From the NCBI GenBank assembly GCA_964016885.1, contig OZ024740.1, forward strand, positions 321,780,001-321,844,000: a stretch of DNA of 64,000 nt, written 5' to 3'. Positions within the stretch are counted from its first letter, which is position 1; each line of letters opens with the position of its first letter. The position numbers and the translations under genes were made by a program. Below the pieces are notes generated by a model that saw only the letters and a list, made by a program, of their open reading frames with translations, had not been told where the DNA came from and made no database searches. This DNA is from Eledone cirrhosa (Eukaryota). Shown one piece after another: positions 43,001 to 56,756 of the stretch.

Positions 43001-43468
43001 GGGTTTTTCTCGAATATTTAATATTTGTTTAATATTTGATGCACAAATTATGTGGAATGTTCAATAAATCATATCACATTATATATGTATGTATATATAT
43101 ATATAGCAGACACGATTTTTAGCTGCGGTAAGAATGTTTTCTTATATCAAAGTTTAATGGGCTTCCACTGATGATTTATAAGCACCCACCTAAATATATT
43201 CTTACATGAATATATGTTAGGCTTCTACATAAACTGGAAACATTCTCCCAATTTGTAGAAAACTTATAATGAAACAATTGTTTGGAAAGAGAGATATATT
43301 TTAACTTTAATTATATCTCATAAAATAATACAACTGGCTTTCCACATAATACATATAGTTAGCACCCCAAACACTTAAATTGGGTTTATACTAACATATA
43401 ACCTAATGTTTGTTGAGTGAGATGGTTACCAGTCAGAGATTAGCTTTAAGCTATCTCTGTTATTGTAT

Positions 43469-43525
<57 letters not shown>

Positions 43526-43879
43526 GTGTGTGTGTTCATGTGCCTATGTATATATTATCTGCTTAGAATTCCTGATAAAGTTCATACCACCACAGTGCAA
43601 CATTACCACCACCACCATCACCACCACCACCATCACCACCACCACCATCACCACCGCCACCATTACCACGCCACGACCGCAATCACCACCACCACCACCA
43701 CCACCACCACCACCACCACCATCACCAACACCACCATTACCACGCCACCACCGCAATCACCACCACCACCATTACCACGCCACCACCGCAATCACCACCA
43801 CCACCACCATCACCACCGCCACCACCATTACCACGCCACCACCGCAATCACCACCACCACCACCACTCTACAATTATTT

Positions 43880-44066
43880 GTGGATTGGCAGTATCGATAG
43901 AGGGTCGGACGCCATGCTTTCCAGCATAGTTACGTCCCTTTACGATCTGAGTTCAAATCCCGCCGAGGTTGACTTTGCCTTTCATCCTTACGGGGTCGAT
44001 AAAATAAAGTACCAGTAATGCACTTGGGGTAATTGCTGGCCCTGTGCGTAAAGTAGAAACAATTAT
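43880..44066 (+). mobile_element. tRNA-derived SINE (190-bp family)
   Basis: Near-identical to 14973-15162. Confidence 0.85.
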
Positions 44067-44117
44067 TTACAATTTAGAATATAGGAATTGTTTTCTCATC
44101 AAATGTATTGTTTCTGT

Positions 44118-44160
44118 TAATCTCATTTGATTTACATTTATACACACACATACACACACA

Positions 44161-44196
<36 letters not shown>

Positions 44197-44235
44197 CTCA
44201 TTTGATTTACATTTATACACACACATACACACACA

Positions 44236-44279
<44 letters not shown>

Positions 44280-44318
44280 CTCATTTGATTTACATTTATA
44301 CACACACATACACACACA

Positions 44319-44376
<58 letters not shown>
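44118..44376. repeat. Three tandem copies of aatctcatttgatttacatttatacacacacatacacacacactga(ta)n
   Basis: Read directly from the sequence; the (TA)n length differs in each unit. Confidence 0.85.
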
Positions 44377-44380
<4 letters not shown>

Positions 44381-44888
44381 GGGCGGTGGAAGCTTTTTTG
44401 AATTGGGTGGGTGGGGCAAATTTGATTAATTTAGTTGTAGTGATTAGTTTAGCTGTTATCAAATATCAACCAAGTTATATAAAAAAAACTTCGATATGCG
44501 ATAAACATAACATGTACATAAATTGTAGTGGATATACAAATAGATGTGTGTTTTGGTAGTTTGATGAGGAAAATATCGGGGGAAGCCATGCCACCCCCTG
44601 TCTGACCCCTCCAACACAGTTGCACTGCACCTGAATATATACATATATGTAAATATATATGCGTTTATATATATATATGTATGTGAGTCTCTCTCTCTCT
44701 CTCTCTTTTTTCTTCTCTCTCTCTCTCTCTCTATCCCCCCTCTCTCTCTTTCTCTCTCTGTCTAGAAAAATTTGAAAATTAAATTAGAAGATTCTGTCGT
44801 GACTTTGACTAAATAAAATATTTTAATAATCACGGGGCATATAAACTCACTGAACGGAAAAATATGGGCTTTCAACGTCGGCATCAAT

Positions 44889-44956
<68 letters not shown>

Positions 44957-45072
44957 CTAATATCTTTACATATAGAATTACATACATATATGCATATATA
45001 TATATATAAAAATATGTATGTGTGTGTGTAATTTTATATGTAAAGATATTCACAATATACACAGGCATGTCT

Positions 45073-45179
<107 letters not shown>

Positions 45180-45374
45180 AACATTCGTATTTATACTTAC
45201 ATATATGCCGAACAGACACACACACTCCGATTAATTATATCAGCTGATGAAAGGCGTTGTTTGTAGCCCGAGGGTGGCCAACTCACATATGTGCGCGCGT
45301 AGTCCCCCCCCCCCATATATATATATATATATATATAGAGCCATTCATCCGTACATACATACATTTGTGTAGCA

Positions 45375-45675
45375 CCTCCATCGGATCTGACGCTGCGTGA
45401 TCCAGTTGATTCGATCAAAACAGCCTGGACGCGAAATGAATATGCAAGTGGCTGAACATTCAAGAGACACGTGTACCCTTAACGTAGTTCTCAGGGAGAT
45501 TCAGCTTCACACATTGAATGACAGGACTGACCCTTTAAAATTACGTGTTTTCCAGTCGAATGGACTGGAGCATTGTGAAATAAAGTGTTTTTCTCAACCA
45601 CAGGTTGCCAAGAATCGAACCCACGACCATATGGCCGTGAGCCAAACACCCTGACAGTTATGGCAAGCGCTTTCT
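45375..45675 (-). mobile_element. tRNA-derived SINE
   Basis: Minus-strand head with GGTTCGATTC and a ttgagaaaaacactttatttcacaatgctccagtcc body. The 3' part is related to 55985-56295. Confidence 0.65.
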
Positions 45676-46049
45676 CATACATACATACATAGATGATGGC
45701 TGCATCTCGATTTCGAGAATTTCCATCACTTGATCATTTTCTCAGTCATGGCTGCCATGGACTTAGATTTTGTTGTACATACGCTACAGCGAAGAAAAAG
45801 AAGAAGCCTTTTTTCGGTGACGCCCAGCCATGCTCATGCAGCACAGGTGAATTTTTTTTAAAGTGAAGAAAGGCCTTGCACTGCCAACCCCACTCTCTGA
45901 TCTGTAGTGACTGGTATCTCAAAAGAAGCACAGGTCAACATCATTGGCTGCCATCGAGTTGTAGGTTTTACACGAGTTTTCCTTTTCCTAGAATGATGTC
46001 CTAACAAGGGCCAGGAGCTTGTGGAATAAATAACGAGGTTGTTCCCACA

Positions 46050-46560
46050 TCATAATCAGTTGTCCAAAGATGTTATCACGATACTCTCTACCTACGAGGA
46101 GGCATGCTGTAGTGACCAAAACACTATACGATGCAACCTGTAGAAAAGATAGCCCTGAGAAAAAACATATAAACAGTTACATAATGTTCCAGTCAAAACC
46201 CCAATAAAATGCAAACATTACAGGCCAGACATAGTAATATGGGACAGAGAAAAGAAGGTATATACAGTAGTGGAAGTCAGCAGATGTCAGCAGATGTCAA
46301 TAAAGTGTTAAAGATTAGTGAAAAGGAAAACATTTATGCTGAACTAATGAGGAATCTGCGATACTCTAAATTAACTATAACTTTAGATTTGTACCTGTGA
46401 TCATTAGGGTTCTTGGATATGCTACTAACTTCCTTAGTACAAATCTTGAGAAGTTGGACTTCACAGAACCAAAGAGAGAGAAAGAGAACGACTAGTTAGG
46501 AAGTTGCAAGTACTGTTTATTAATAGAACTGTAAACATATGTAAAACATTTAAGGAATCC
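46050..46560 (+). mobile_element. R4/Dong-like RLE-type LINE fragment
   Basis: IISCPKMLSRYSLPTRRHAVVTKTLY (zinc knuckle end plus RH motif) and ADVNKVLKISEKENIYAELMRNL. Confidence 0.6.
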
Positions 46561-46694
46561 AGCATGTAATAACTGCATAGACACGTGTATAGATACAGAA
46601 ACTTATGCACGTACACACATATAACTCAACACATACAAACCCATACATGCAATAACATCTATACTTGCACACACATAGACGCACGCACACACAC

Positions 46695-46791
<97 letters not shown>

Positions 46792-47699
46792 TATACGTAC
46801 ACACACATGCGCGCGCGCATACAGATGCACGTACACAAACACACACGCACGCATGCGCGCACACACACACACACACGCACACATTCCAATGGGTCTTGTT
46901 TTTATGTTAGAAACCGGCTCTTTTTACTGGTGAAAATTTGTAAAATAATAAAACCAGAATAACATACATACATGATGGCTGCTCCCTCGTTATCGAGTAT
47001 GGCCATTTCACGATATACCATTATTAATAATTATTAATTAATTCTATCGTGCAATGCCTGCGCGTGGAGATTTTTTTTAAAGTGAGGAAAGACTGTGCAC
47101 TGAGCCAATCCTACTCTTTGAGCAACAGTAGCTATAATCCGGAAAGAAGAAAAGATCAACATCATCGGTAACTACTGAGCCGCAGGTTTTATGTCGGAGT
47201 TATCCCAGTTTCCTGAGTTGCCTTCTCTTAGAACAATGCCCTGACATACATACATACATACATACATACATACATACATGCATATATCAGTGGCATATTA
47301 CGGTGAAAACTGAGTGGCTGGAACCAGGGGCCGAACGACATTTAAAAAGTTCCAAATTAATTAATACGGAAGGGACCCGATATCATTTTCAGCCAAAGGC
47401 TCCATGTTAGCTTAATCCACTGTAGGCATACCTGTATATATTTCATGCTAGCGGTTAAGCTCTTGTCAGGCTCCTCTGGTGAAATGCCCAAGTTATATGT
47501 TAGGCACCCCAGAAGAGAGAAGAAATTAATGTTACCCTCATTCTTTCATCCTTAAGTAGTATTCAGACAATATTCACAGCCCCAAGAAATAGCAGTCTCA
47601 CTGAACATAGGACTGGAGTTTCGTTATAACATGTGTCCATAATTGGAAATCAACCAGGGAAAAATAACTGATCAGACAAAGAGTATGGATTTTAATGAT

Positions 47700-48030
47700 C
47701 TTTCTATGACTCTTGCATCTAGTGGCGAATGCTACAAGTTTCTTGGTATCCATGAGAATGTTGCATACATTAGTGCTTTTAGAAGAGTAGGCGTGATAAA
47801 TATGTAAATCAGAGCTGTTTGCATTCAAAAAGACCTCAGACCTGACAAGGATAAAAAAATCACACACGATTGTAGAGTTCAGCTGCTCAGAAGTTGTAAA
47901 TGTATTGTCTAAGGTCGAGGAAAAAGAAAATATCTATGGTGAGCTAATGCAGAATATACAGCTCTTGCATCCTGATTATAAATTCACATTTATACATATC
48001 ATCATAGATGCACTAGATTATGTAACTCCA
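47700..48030 (+). mobile_element. R4/Dong-like LINE fragment (RT motif plus RLE, internally deleted)
   Basis: ECYKFLGIHE...KSEL, then RPD...IVEFSC..VNVLSKVEEKENIYGELMQNIQLLHPDYKFTFIHIII. Confidence 0.65.
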
Positions 48031-48097
48031 CTAACATCTACGACACAAAATAATTACAATGACTTCAGTTCGGTTCCTCGCCCATATATACATACAT

Positions 48098-48170
<73 letters not shown>

Positions 48171-48181
48171 TATATATATAT

Positions 48182-48210
<29 letters not shown>

Positions 48211-48212
<2 letters not shown>

Positions 48213-48475
48213 TGTTATACTTCGGGAAGACCCATACATGCAATAATTATTGTTGTAATAATATTGCCAGAAATAATAACAGAACACACTCACTGTTTGG
48301 TTGGTTTTCGCTTCTGAATACAATGTTTTAAGAAGCGAATTTGTTCTGTTGTTCTCGTAGTTTTTATATAACAGAAAATAGTGCCTTTCAGCTTGGCACA
48401 ATATTATTACAACAATATGACCCCCCTCAAGTATAACAATATTTGTTTCGACACATGATTTCATATCAAAAACCT
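48211..48475. mobile_element. PLE-like pseudo-LTR fold-back with hammerhead-like 3' half
   Basis: Imperfect inverted arms 48211-48268 / 48394-48440. The minus strand reads tgtgtc GAAA caaatattg TT atact. A homolog is at 61003-61135 (plus strand). (TA)n flanks. Confidence 0.5.
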
Positions 48476-48994
48476 TGCAAAACAAATTCATATAAAAAAC
48501 CTATACATATATAGTAGGCGGTAACTCGCGTCGTGGCGAGCAGACAAGAGGATTTTTCAGGAAAAAAAAACTCCCTTGACACTTTAAGGAAACCAAGCCC
48601 ACCCAAGTCACGACTTCTTGGTGTCCTGTTGTTTTCCCTCCAGCTGGATATGAACCCGAGACCTTCCAGTGATCTTGTTGCAAATTCCTTTGGTTTATAC
48701 CACTCGGCCACAAAGACCATCGGTAGAACTAACACTTCACATCTATTTAAACAGCAATCAATTTTAGCGGCCTGATGGATCTTATCTTAGCTCCAGTTGG
48801 CAGTCTTCTTTGATCATAGCCACATGGAACATTTCTCAGCTGTCACTGACAGGCGTTTGATCGTTGCTGTTCTTTGCCGACCTTTAATTCTAAGCTGACT
48901 TATAGTTGGTCCATGGAAGCTGTGCTAAATTCTCATGCACCAACTTCCACTGGCTATATTGTGCATTGATACTCCTCTCTTGTCCTCTCTCTCA

Positions 48995-49125
48995 CGATGT
49001 CTTCGTACTGTCTCATCTTGTACTCATGTTGTTCATTTACATGACTCTCATAGTGGACTGTCAGCTCAACCAGAATGACTCTGGTACTTGCTTCTGACCA
49101 CAGAACAATATCTGGTCTATGTCAT
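48995..49125 (-). mobile_element. HERO/NeSL-like RLE endonuclease fragment
   Basis: HRPDIVLWSEASTRVILVELTVHYESHVNEQHEYKMRQYED, a PD-(D/E)xK restriction-like fold motif. Confidence 0.7.
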
Positions 49126-49189
49126 GCTATATTTTTGGATCCATCCAATTTCTTTCCATTCCCGTCTATTACAAATGTTTGAGCTGAAT

Positions 49190-49297
<108 letters not shown>

Positions 49298-49437
49298 GAT
49301 ACACAGACACACAGACACACAGACACACACTCACAGACACACACACATATATATATCAGCATACATATATATGCATACATAGTAGGAGCCAACTTGTGTC
49401 CGTGTACGGCCACATGTTAGAAAACTCTATATATATA

Positions 49438-49636
49438 TAGTGAAAGAGTGAAGAATAACATGGTCGGCTGTACAAAAAGGGTTTTATTTATAGTATTAAC
49501 AATTGTTTCATTGTTCAGGTGAGTCTAAAGGCCGCTAATCACTCGAAGTTGCGTCACACGACTTTAAATACAGTGTTTACTATAAATAAAGCCCCTTGTT
49601 GTACAGCCAACCATGTTATTCTTCACTCTTTCACTA
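49438..49636. mobile_element. Short fold-back element with ~58-bp arms next to (TA)n
   Basis: tagtgaaagagtgaagaataacatgg...tttatttatagta versus tactataaataaa...ccatgttattcttcactctttcacta. The minus strand has GAAA caattg TT. Confidence 0.6.
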
Positions 49637-50331
49637 CTATTACTCCAAGAATAACCAACATGGGAATTCTCGCGAACTCGCTACCTAACTATGGAAACCT
49701 CTTGTTGAGTCAAACAACGCCGTACGTTAAAACTATCCACAATACAGAGTACTCACAACCACTAACTGGATTACCTAAAACGATAACTTGTTACCCCCCC
49801 CCCCCCCCACATATATATATATATAATTAGTTACAACAGTGACAAACTCGTCCTATGGACTGAGTGCTCTTACTTACCCTTGGATATTTCTACCAAACTT
49901 GTACTACAATATATACAATATATATATATTTCAAAATGGGGGGGGGGGGGGGGGGGGGGCAGAGGACGAAGACAGTGGAAAAAAACAACGAAAAGATCGA
50001 CAGTCCCATCTGTTCAGTCAACCTATGGAAATCACTACTATTTCGTTCTATTAAGGTTGATACCAACATTCTAGGCACATTGGGACAAAACAAATCTATA
50101 TATATAGATTTCCGAGTTGTATCGTAGGGTAACCTTAGTTCAAAAGGTAATCAATAGAGTATAGGTATCTCATTATATAATATATATAATGAAGATACCT
50201 ATACTCTATTGATTACCCTCTATTTATTACCATCGAGGTTAACTTTGCCTTTCATCCTTACGGGGTCGATAAAATAAAGTACCAGTAATGTACTGGGTAA
50301 TTGTTGGCCTTGTGCCAAAAGTAAAAACAAT

Positions 50332-50451
<120 letters not shown>

Positions 50452-50929
50452 ATAATAAATGCGAAGACTAAAATCCGAAGAGGGTAGATAAGGATTATAT
50501 ATATATATATATGTATATAGCTGTCGAAACGGCTTGAGCTCTGCCGTCGGGGTTCTGACTCATATATTTATATATATGCATATGTATGTATGGTGCGTTG
50601 TGTTGACGTTCTATTTATAAATATATGAAGGTTACCTGTAGGTCAGGTCTTACTTTACTTAGTTGATCATTATTTAATACATTTATTAGGTAACTTACCT
50701 TCAAAAATCGTTATTTTAATGCCTCAAGAATTCCATTCTCATCATCACTAATTTCTTCTTCATTTTTATAGATTCTTCAATCGTAGTTTACCAGGGATTC
50801 TGTTCTCTAATTTTTATTTTTAGTTGTAATCCTGACGAAAGTAAATTAAACTCCATTTTATCTCTCAGTTTAGGGTTTCGTTTTTGGGAAAGGAACTGAC
50901 TGTAAAAACTGCAATGTAATTTTATTGCA

Positions 50930-51165
50930 TTTTGTCGTTGCTCCATTCCACTTGGTTAAAGAGAATTAGTTGGGACCACAATAGTGCCAAGCTCTATCGG
51001 CCGTCTTTCCATTGGACAACACCATATATAGCGTATATAGTGCATATAGTGGCATATGGTGTATATAGTGTATACATGGTACATGTATGAGTTACAGCGA
51101 CTCTGCTAAGCTGTGTCGGCCTTTTCGTTTCCATTTTGCAACATCATATATAGTGAATGTATATA
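50930..51165 (+). mobile_element. Degenerate SINE segment in two copies, homologous to the 77-bp satellite unit
   Basis: tagttgggaccacaatagtgccaagctctatcggccgtctttccattggacaacaccatatatagcgtatata aligns with the satellite unit. It is preceded by the SINE motif cgttgctcca. Confidence 0.65.
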
Positions 51166-51189
51166 TATATATATATATTCCAGCTATAT

Positions 51190-51870
51190 GTCCGTAGTAT
51201 TGGAGTTGCAATATCTCAATTCGGAGAAGTAGCGGCTCTACCTGGAGCATCTCTGATCTCCGAGCTACGCTTTCTATCGAGTAACGTTACTCCAAAGACC
51301 CCTCGGAAGAACAGCATTTCGGCCGCATGTATTCGCGATCGTGTTCTTTTGGTCATTACCCAAGATTCATGACCGTAGTTAAAGTTTGGCACGAATACCG
51401 AATTGAAGTAACGGGTTTGGCTTTTACGCCTACCTTCCTTCTGTTGATGACTGAATGCTGAAGCTGGCGCATTACTGCACCTATTCATGTAATTCTTGCG
51501 CTTAATTCAGCCTCCTGCCTTCCATCGCTTGTGAACACAAGGCACTTGAACCTCTCCACCTCCTTCAGTGGAATTCCACTTACATGTAGAGAGTACTGCA
51601 CATGTTTCATTGAGAAGACAAGTGTCTCGTGCAACACTATTCGGCAGCAGACCTATTAAGTACATGTCGGAGGTCACCTTCTGACGAGTTAAGTAATGCC
51701 ACGTCATACGCAAATTCCTGTTGACCTATCCTACACCCACCAGTCTCGATACTACTTCCAACTTGGCTGCGTGTGTCTATTCTGTCCATGAAGATTATGA
51801 AAAGGAGAGGTGAAAGTATGCAACCTTGGCGGAGTCCGACACTCACATTGAATAAGCGTCTTGGAATAAG
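51190..51870 (-). mobile_element. RTE-clade LINE reverse transcriptase fragment
   Basis: GLRQGCILSPLLFIIFMD...EFAYDVALL (degenerate FADD), then YGHESWVMTKRTRSRIHAAEM. Confidence 0.85.
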
Positions 51871-52084
51871 CATATCACCATAACTCTGAGGGTGCATCAT
51901 TGAGATGTATGTGAGAGGGTTGGGTTCAGTGCCATCCTGTTCCACCTCCATCCTTAGCAATGGACTCGGATATACAAACCCACTTGGAGCAGAATGTTGC
52001 TGAACTTGGATTTTTGGAGGTAGATGGGTGTTCCTTAATTCGTACTCTACGGATAGTCTCGATATGGGGTCGTTATGTATGACT

Positions 52085-52283
52085 GCGGTATCGAACCACA
52101 GACTACGCACCACCTTCGAACCACAGACTACGCACCACCTCCTGATATGCCCCCTGCTGGAACACCCCTGCACAGAATTGGACTTGGCAAAGTTTAATGA
52201 GAAAGGACTGCAATGTGTTCAGTTGTGGCGGAACCACATCTAGCCAAGCTTTGTAACTGACACTCTTGTGACAACAAGAAGAT
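52085..52283 (+). mobile_element. Vingi/Ingi-like LINE 3' end
   Basis: EPQTTHHLLICPLLEHPCTELDLAKFNEKGLQCVQLW* with a short 3'UTR ending acaagaaga. Clade assigned from recall. Confidence 0.55.
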
Positions 52284-52804
52284 ATCTGGGGCTATAAATA
52301 TATGCAGGACCTTCTTAAAATGTAAAAAGTTGAATGATTGTGTAAATGACGATAGAAACACCATTTTCTATACAATCTAGCAATAGGTTTCGCGTAGTAG
52401 GATCCGAAACTACGTATTTACGAAGTGAACTTAACCACACAGTCATGTCTGCATCAGCGGAGGAATGCAGACGACACCCAATTGTAACATTTGTTACAAG
52501 ACAGGAATGTAGTGGGTGGTTTTATTCTTGATTCTTTGTTATAATTACAATGAAATAAATGGTGAATTTAATTTTCTGTGATGTTTAGAATCGAATTAAT
52601 TATTTAGAGGTGGCAAACTGTCTGACCCGTTAGGATGTCGGATACAATACTCAGTGATAAATAAAGTACCAGTAGGTTACCAGCACTGGGCTCGGTTCTT
52701 CTTCTTCTTCTTTTTCTTCTTCTTCTTCTTCTTCTTCTTCTTCTTCTTCTTCTTCTTCTTCTTCTTCTTCTTCTTCTTCTTCTTCTTCTTCTTCTTCTTC
52801 TTCT

Positions 52805-52863
<59 letters not shown>

Positions 52864-53516
52864 TCTCTCTCTCTCTTTCTCTCTCTCCCTTTGCTTCTCC
52901 CCATTTCCTTCTCACACTTTCCTCTCTCACACTTTATCTCTCGAAGAAATCGGTTGTGATCAAATCAAGAGAGGGATGGGCTATACCAGGTTTAAAATGC
53001 CCAATAAATGCTGTATAACGGTGTTCTTACAACCCCATTAGGAATTCATGTCTAGCATACATATATACATACTACCCCACCCCCTCTTCACCCAACCACT
53101 CTATCTACCCCACCCCTCTCTCAACCTCAACCCCTCTCTACCCTACCCTCTGTCTTTATCCACCCCTCTCTCTTGTCATGTCTCATCTTTTAATTCCAAG
53201 AAATCCTTCAAAGAAGGAACTGCTTTCTAATAAAGAATCACAGTTGAAATTTCCATATCAACCATTGTTTAGAGTTAGTTACACGCTAAACTTTATAAAA
53301 TACTTGTATATGCTCACTGTTCCACTCACTGACTGAGTTGGCAGATGGCGTATAAGAAGATTTTCTCTTTACATGAAAACTTCAAACATTTCGAAATTAA
53401 TGCTTAAAATTTCCATAATACAACCAAATACCATAATAATCATAACATACACATACATTTATATAATTATTAATGGGATTGGTTCAGCATTAAATCCAGG
53501 TTCTGTTACCCTAGAG

Positions 53517-53850
53517 CAGAGGTTCTCAAACGTTTTTGGCCACTGTTCCCCTCACAGCCGCGTAATAACCTCAGCGCCCCCAACCCTATTTCCAGAGAGA
53601 CCTGCCTACACGCAAATTGTAAATAATATATAATAAATAAAATCGTTAATTTATATATAATATATACTATGTATAAATAAATATTATATATATTTTTTAT
53701 TTTACTATATTTATATATAATATGTATCATTTGATATTTGGTATACTATTATAGCTTCTGTACCGCCCCCACCACCCCTTAGGCTCCAGTGACCCCTGGA
53801 TCTTCTCACCGCCCTACGGGGAACGGTAGCGCCCACTTTGAGAACCTCTC
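53517..53850. mobile_element. hAT (Charlie-like) MITE
   Basis: TIRs cagaggttctcaaa / tttgagaacctctc, with flanks ccctagag / ctctagaa (nTCTAGAn-type target). Confidence 0.75.
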
Positions 53851-54063
53851 CTCTAGAAGTTGAAGATCTCAAGCTAACAAAGTACCGACTGTTCTCTGAT
53901 AGCTTTCTCTTTGAAACCACAGCGGTGGAGACATTTGACATCCCGAGACCCCTAATTCATTTCCCTACCCATTTTCGCTTGGGTGGAGATGATTATCTGC
54001 AAGAATGGAAAGCATGAGATGGACTGGTTCTTTCAGCGCGTCTCTCTCACTATCCTCTGGGAT

Positions 54064-54249
54064 CTGTGCCGGATTTAGGACAAATGAGGCTCTGTGCTAG
54101 TTAAGTTATGAGGCCCCTTTGAACGTTTGACATTTGAAAAACATTTTAAAAATTCATCGTAAAAAATTTTTTGGCAAGAAGATGGGTTCTCTTGACCAAC
54201 GGGGTTCTGTTCTTAAGCACACCTAAGCACAATAGCATATCCGGCACTA
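54064..54249. mobile_element. hAT MITE with a perfect 8-bp TSD
   Basis: Ends ctgtgccggat / atccggcacta. TSD tctgggat at 54056-54063 and 54250-54257. Confidence 0.8.
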
Positions 54250-54382
54250 TCTGGGATAACGTATTCGTCATTCTGTTCGTCGTGACCATCAAGCAACAAC
54301 AAGAATAATATAATTTTTAAAATGTCTACACAGTACTTTTTATTTTATTAGTTGTGCTACGAGGCGTACCTCCATGTAAATA

Positions 54383-54997
54383 CAGGGTGAGTCATAAGTA
54401 ACCGGGGAGTTCAGCATCTATATTCTAAATAATAATATTTACTAAACTTTGGGTCATATAGTACGAAATTATAAATATATCAAACAAAAGTAGTAACAAA
54501 AATATAATTAAGTGTTCGAAAAGCTGACCCTGTTCCTCAATATATTTTGAAGTTCTATCAAGAACAGAATAACATACACGTCAACAGAAGTCGACATTGA
54601 TTTCTACACAAGTATTGACTATCCTTGCTTTAAGCTGCTGAGCACCTCTTGGTTTTTCAGCGTAGACTGATTCTTCAGTACACTCTAAAGAAAAAAGATA
54701 AGAGGTGTAAATATCAGGAGATCAAGGAGGGTACTCGATAGGACCACGGCGTTCGATCCAATTGCGTGGGAAGTGTTCATTAAGCCAGTTGCACGTAACA
54801 ATGTTGTAATATGGAGGAGGTGCGCCATCTTGCTGGAACCACATCTCACAAGCATGTGGCTATTTCGTAAAACTTGGCATAAATCATGCGCAAAAAACAT
54901 GGTTGATCACTCATAAATAAGCAGATTTTTCAAAAAGTTATCTGATAATCTTGCAATAAAAATGCATTGACTTCCCAGTTACTTACGACTCACCTTG
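54383..54997 (-). mobile_element. Tc1/mariner-superfamily internally deleted transposon
   Basis: TIRs cagggtgagtcataagtaac / gttacttacgactcaccttg with TA flanks. Minus strand FQQDGAPP...WLNEHFPRNWIERRGPIEYPP*SPD...VYAEKP...GQLFEH. Confidence 0.85.
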
Positions 54998-55019
54998 TAT
55001 TATAATAAGAGATTCAACG

Positions 55020-55300
55020 CCGGTAAATTGGCAGAGCCATTAGAATGTTGAACAATACTGCTTAGCATTTGTTGAACTCGATAAAGTTGAACTCGATAGG
55101 ATTTGAACGTAGACAGTAAAGAACAAATGCTGCTTAGCATTTGTTCTTTACTTTCTACGTTCAAATCCTATCAAGTTCAACTTTACCGGTCATTCTTCTG
55201 AGACGATAAAATAAAGTACGAGTCAAGCACCAAGGGTCGATATGCTTGACTCGCCATCATCCTTTGATGGTCTTGTGCTAAAATTAAAACCCATTATCAG
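55020..55300 (+). mobile_element. SINE copy with an internal duplication and inversion
   Basis: taaagttgaactcgataggatttgaacgtaga is inverted relative to tctacgttcaaatcctatcaagttcaacttta, and tgcttagcatttgtt is duplicated. Confidence 0.6.
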
Positions 55301-55812
55301 AGAGTCGAAAAGTTGTAGTCTTCGAAGTATTTCTACATCAAAAGTTCTCTTTCTTTTTCTCTTTTATTTTCAAGGAAATGGTCACATGATCTGGGAAGTT
55401 GGCTGATGTAACTTTGAACGTAATGTTTTTAATTTCCCTACAATTAAGTTGGATAAGTTGGACCCTTTTATGTTTACATAATACAGAGGGTAGGGAGTAG
55501 TCTTTATATCTGTATTTGATGGGGGGGGGGGTGGATGTCTTTATGCTTATATCTGACGGAGAGAAGATCTTTATGATTCTATCTGACGGGGATAGATCTT
55601 TATTCTTGAATCAGATGGGGTGGTGCTGGTAGATTGTTCGCATCTGGCAGGGGTGGTGCTGGTAGATTGTTCGTTAGTGGCAGGGGTGGTGGTGGTGGTG
55701 GTTGTTCGTATCTGGCAGGAGTGGTGGTGGTGGGTTGTGATTAATGTTCCGCCAATCTTCTTTGTTTGAAAATATAATAATGTAGTTAATGTAAATAGTA
55801 TTTCTTTATATA

Positions 55813-55890
55813 CAGGGTGTCCCCCCAAAATATATACACACTTCAACAGCATTCAAATAAATATTGTATACATTTTTAGGGGACACCCTG
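55813..55890. mobile_element. 78-bp Tc1-like mini-MITE
   Basis: TIRs cagggtgtcccc / ggggacaccctg with TA flanks. Confidence 0.75.
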
Positions 55891-55984
55891 TATATATATC
55901 CTCGTACATTCTTTCCTATGGAAGCGGATATTGTTGGAGCACCAACATCAAGCACTATAAGAAAGTAATACTTTCATATGGTCG

Positions 55985-56295
55985 ACGCAGCATGACTGAA
56001 TTTTTAAGAAGTTTGCTTCGCAATCATTAGGTGCTGAGTTCGAGCCACTGTGTGCTATCTTGGGCAAGTATCCTTTACTATAGCCTCAGGTCAACACATG
56101 CTTTATGGGTGAAATTGGGTAGACAGAAACTGTTGAGAAGCCCATCGAGTGGTTTGTGCATGTCACACATAGTGTCGTCACGCTCAATCTCCCCGAGAAC
56201 TACGCTAAGAGAGCACACGCCTGTGGAATGCTCAGCTACTTGCACATTAATTTTATGAACAGGCTATTCCGTTGATTGAATAGCTGGAACACTGT
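55985..56295 (+). mobile_element. tRNA-derived SINE ending in (CA)n
   Basis: gagttcgagcc B-box-like, with body tcttgggcaagt...tactatagcctcagg...ggtagacagaaactg. Confidence 0.65.
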
Positions 56296-56298
56296 TTT

Positions 56299-56375
<77 letters not shown>

Positions 56376-56567
56376 CGAGGGGGTGTTGAAAAGTTTCTAG
56401 CTTTAGGTAAAAGAAAATACAGTAGGATCAGTTAATTTACCATTTTATTCAACATATTCCTCTCTCAGATTCACACAATTATTGCAGCGGTCCTACATCC
56501 CCTGTAAAGGTAACAACTCTACCCTTTCGCGATGCCCTTAAAGCCAGAAACTTTTCAGCACTCTTCG
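56376..56567 (-). mobile_element. mariner-derived MITE (sister of 14509-14732)
   Basis: TIRs cgagggggtgttgaaaagtttct / agaaacttttcagcactcttcg with TA flanks. Confidence 0.8.
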
Positions 56568-56589
56568 TATATATATATATATATATACA

Positions 56590-56756
56590 CCGTATTTCCT
56601 GGCGTCGAAGACGCTACTTTTTCCCTAAAATAAGTCTAAAAAATCTACCATGCGTCCTGGAGGCCGAAGATTGTTTATTAATTTTTTTCAAATGTTTCTT
56701 GCCAAAATTAGGGTGCGCCCTCGAGGACTAAGCGTCTTTGGCGCCGGGAAATACGG
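56590..56756. mobile_element. pogo/Tigger-like MITE
   Basis: TIRs ccgtatttcctggcgtcgaagacgct / agcgtctttggcgccgggaaatacgg. Confidence 0.75.

Noticed and set aside
42774-43067. Plus-strand exon candidate after the strong acceptor ttttccttcccag
   Set aside because: There is no recognisable protein or clear donor, and the minus strand is better explained as a piggyBac-like relic. It cannot be fully excluded without RNA data.
50690-50840. Minus-strand exon ending AAG|GTAAGT
   Set aside because: The most protein-like frame has an in-frame stop shortly before the donor, so it is probably a decayed element.
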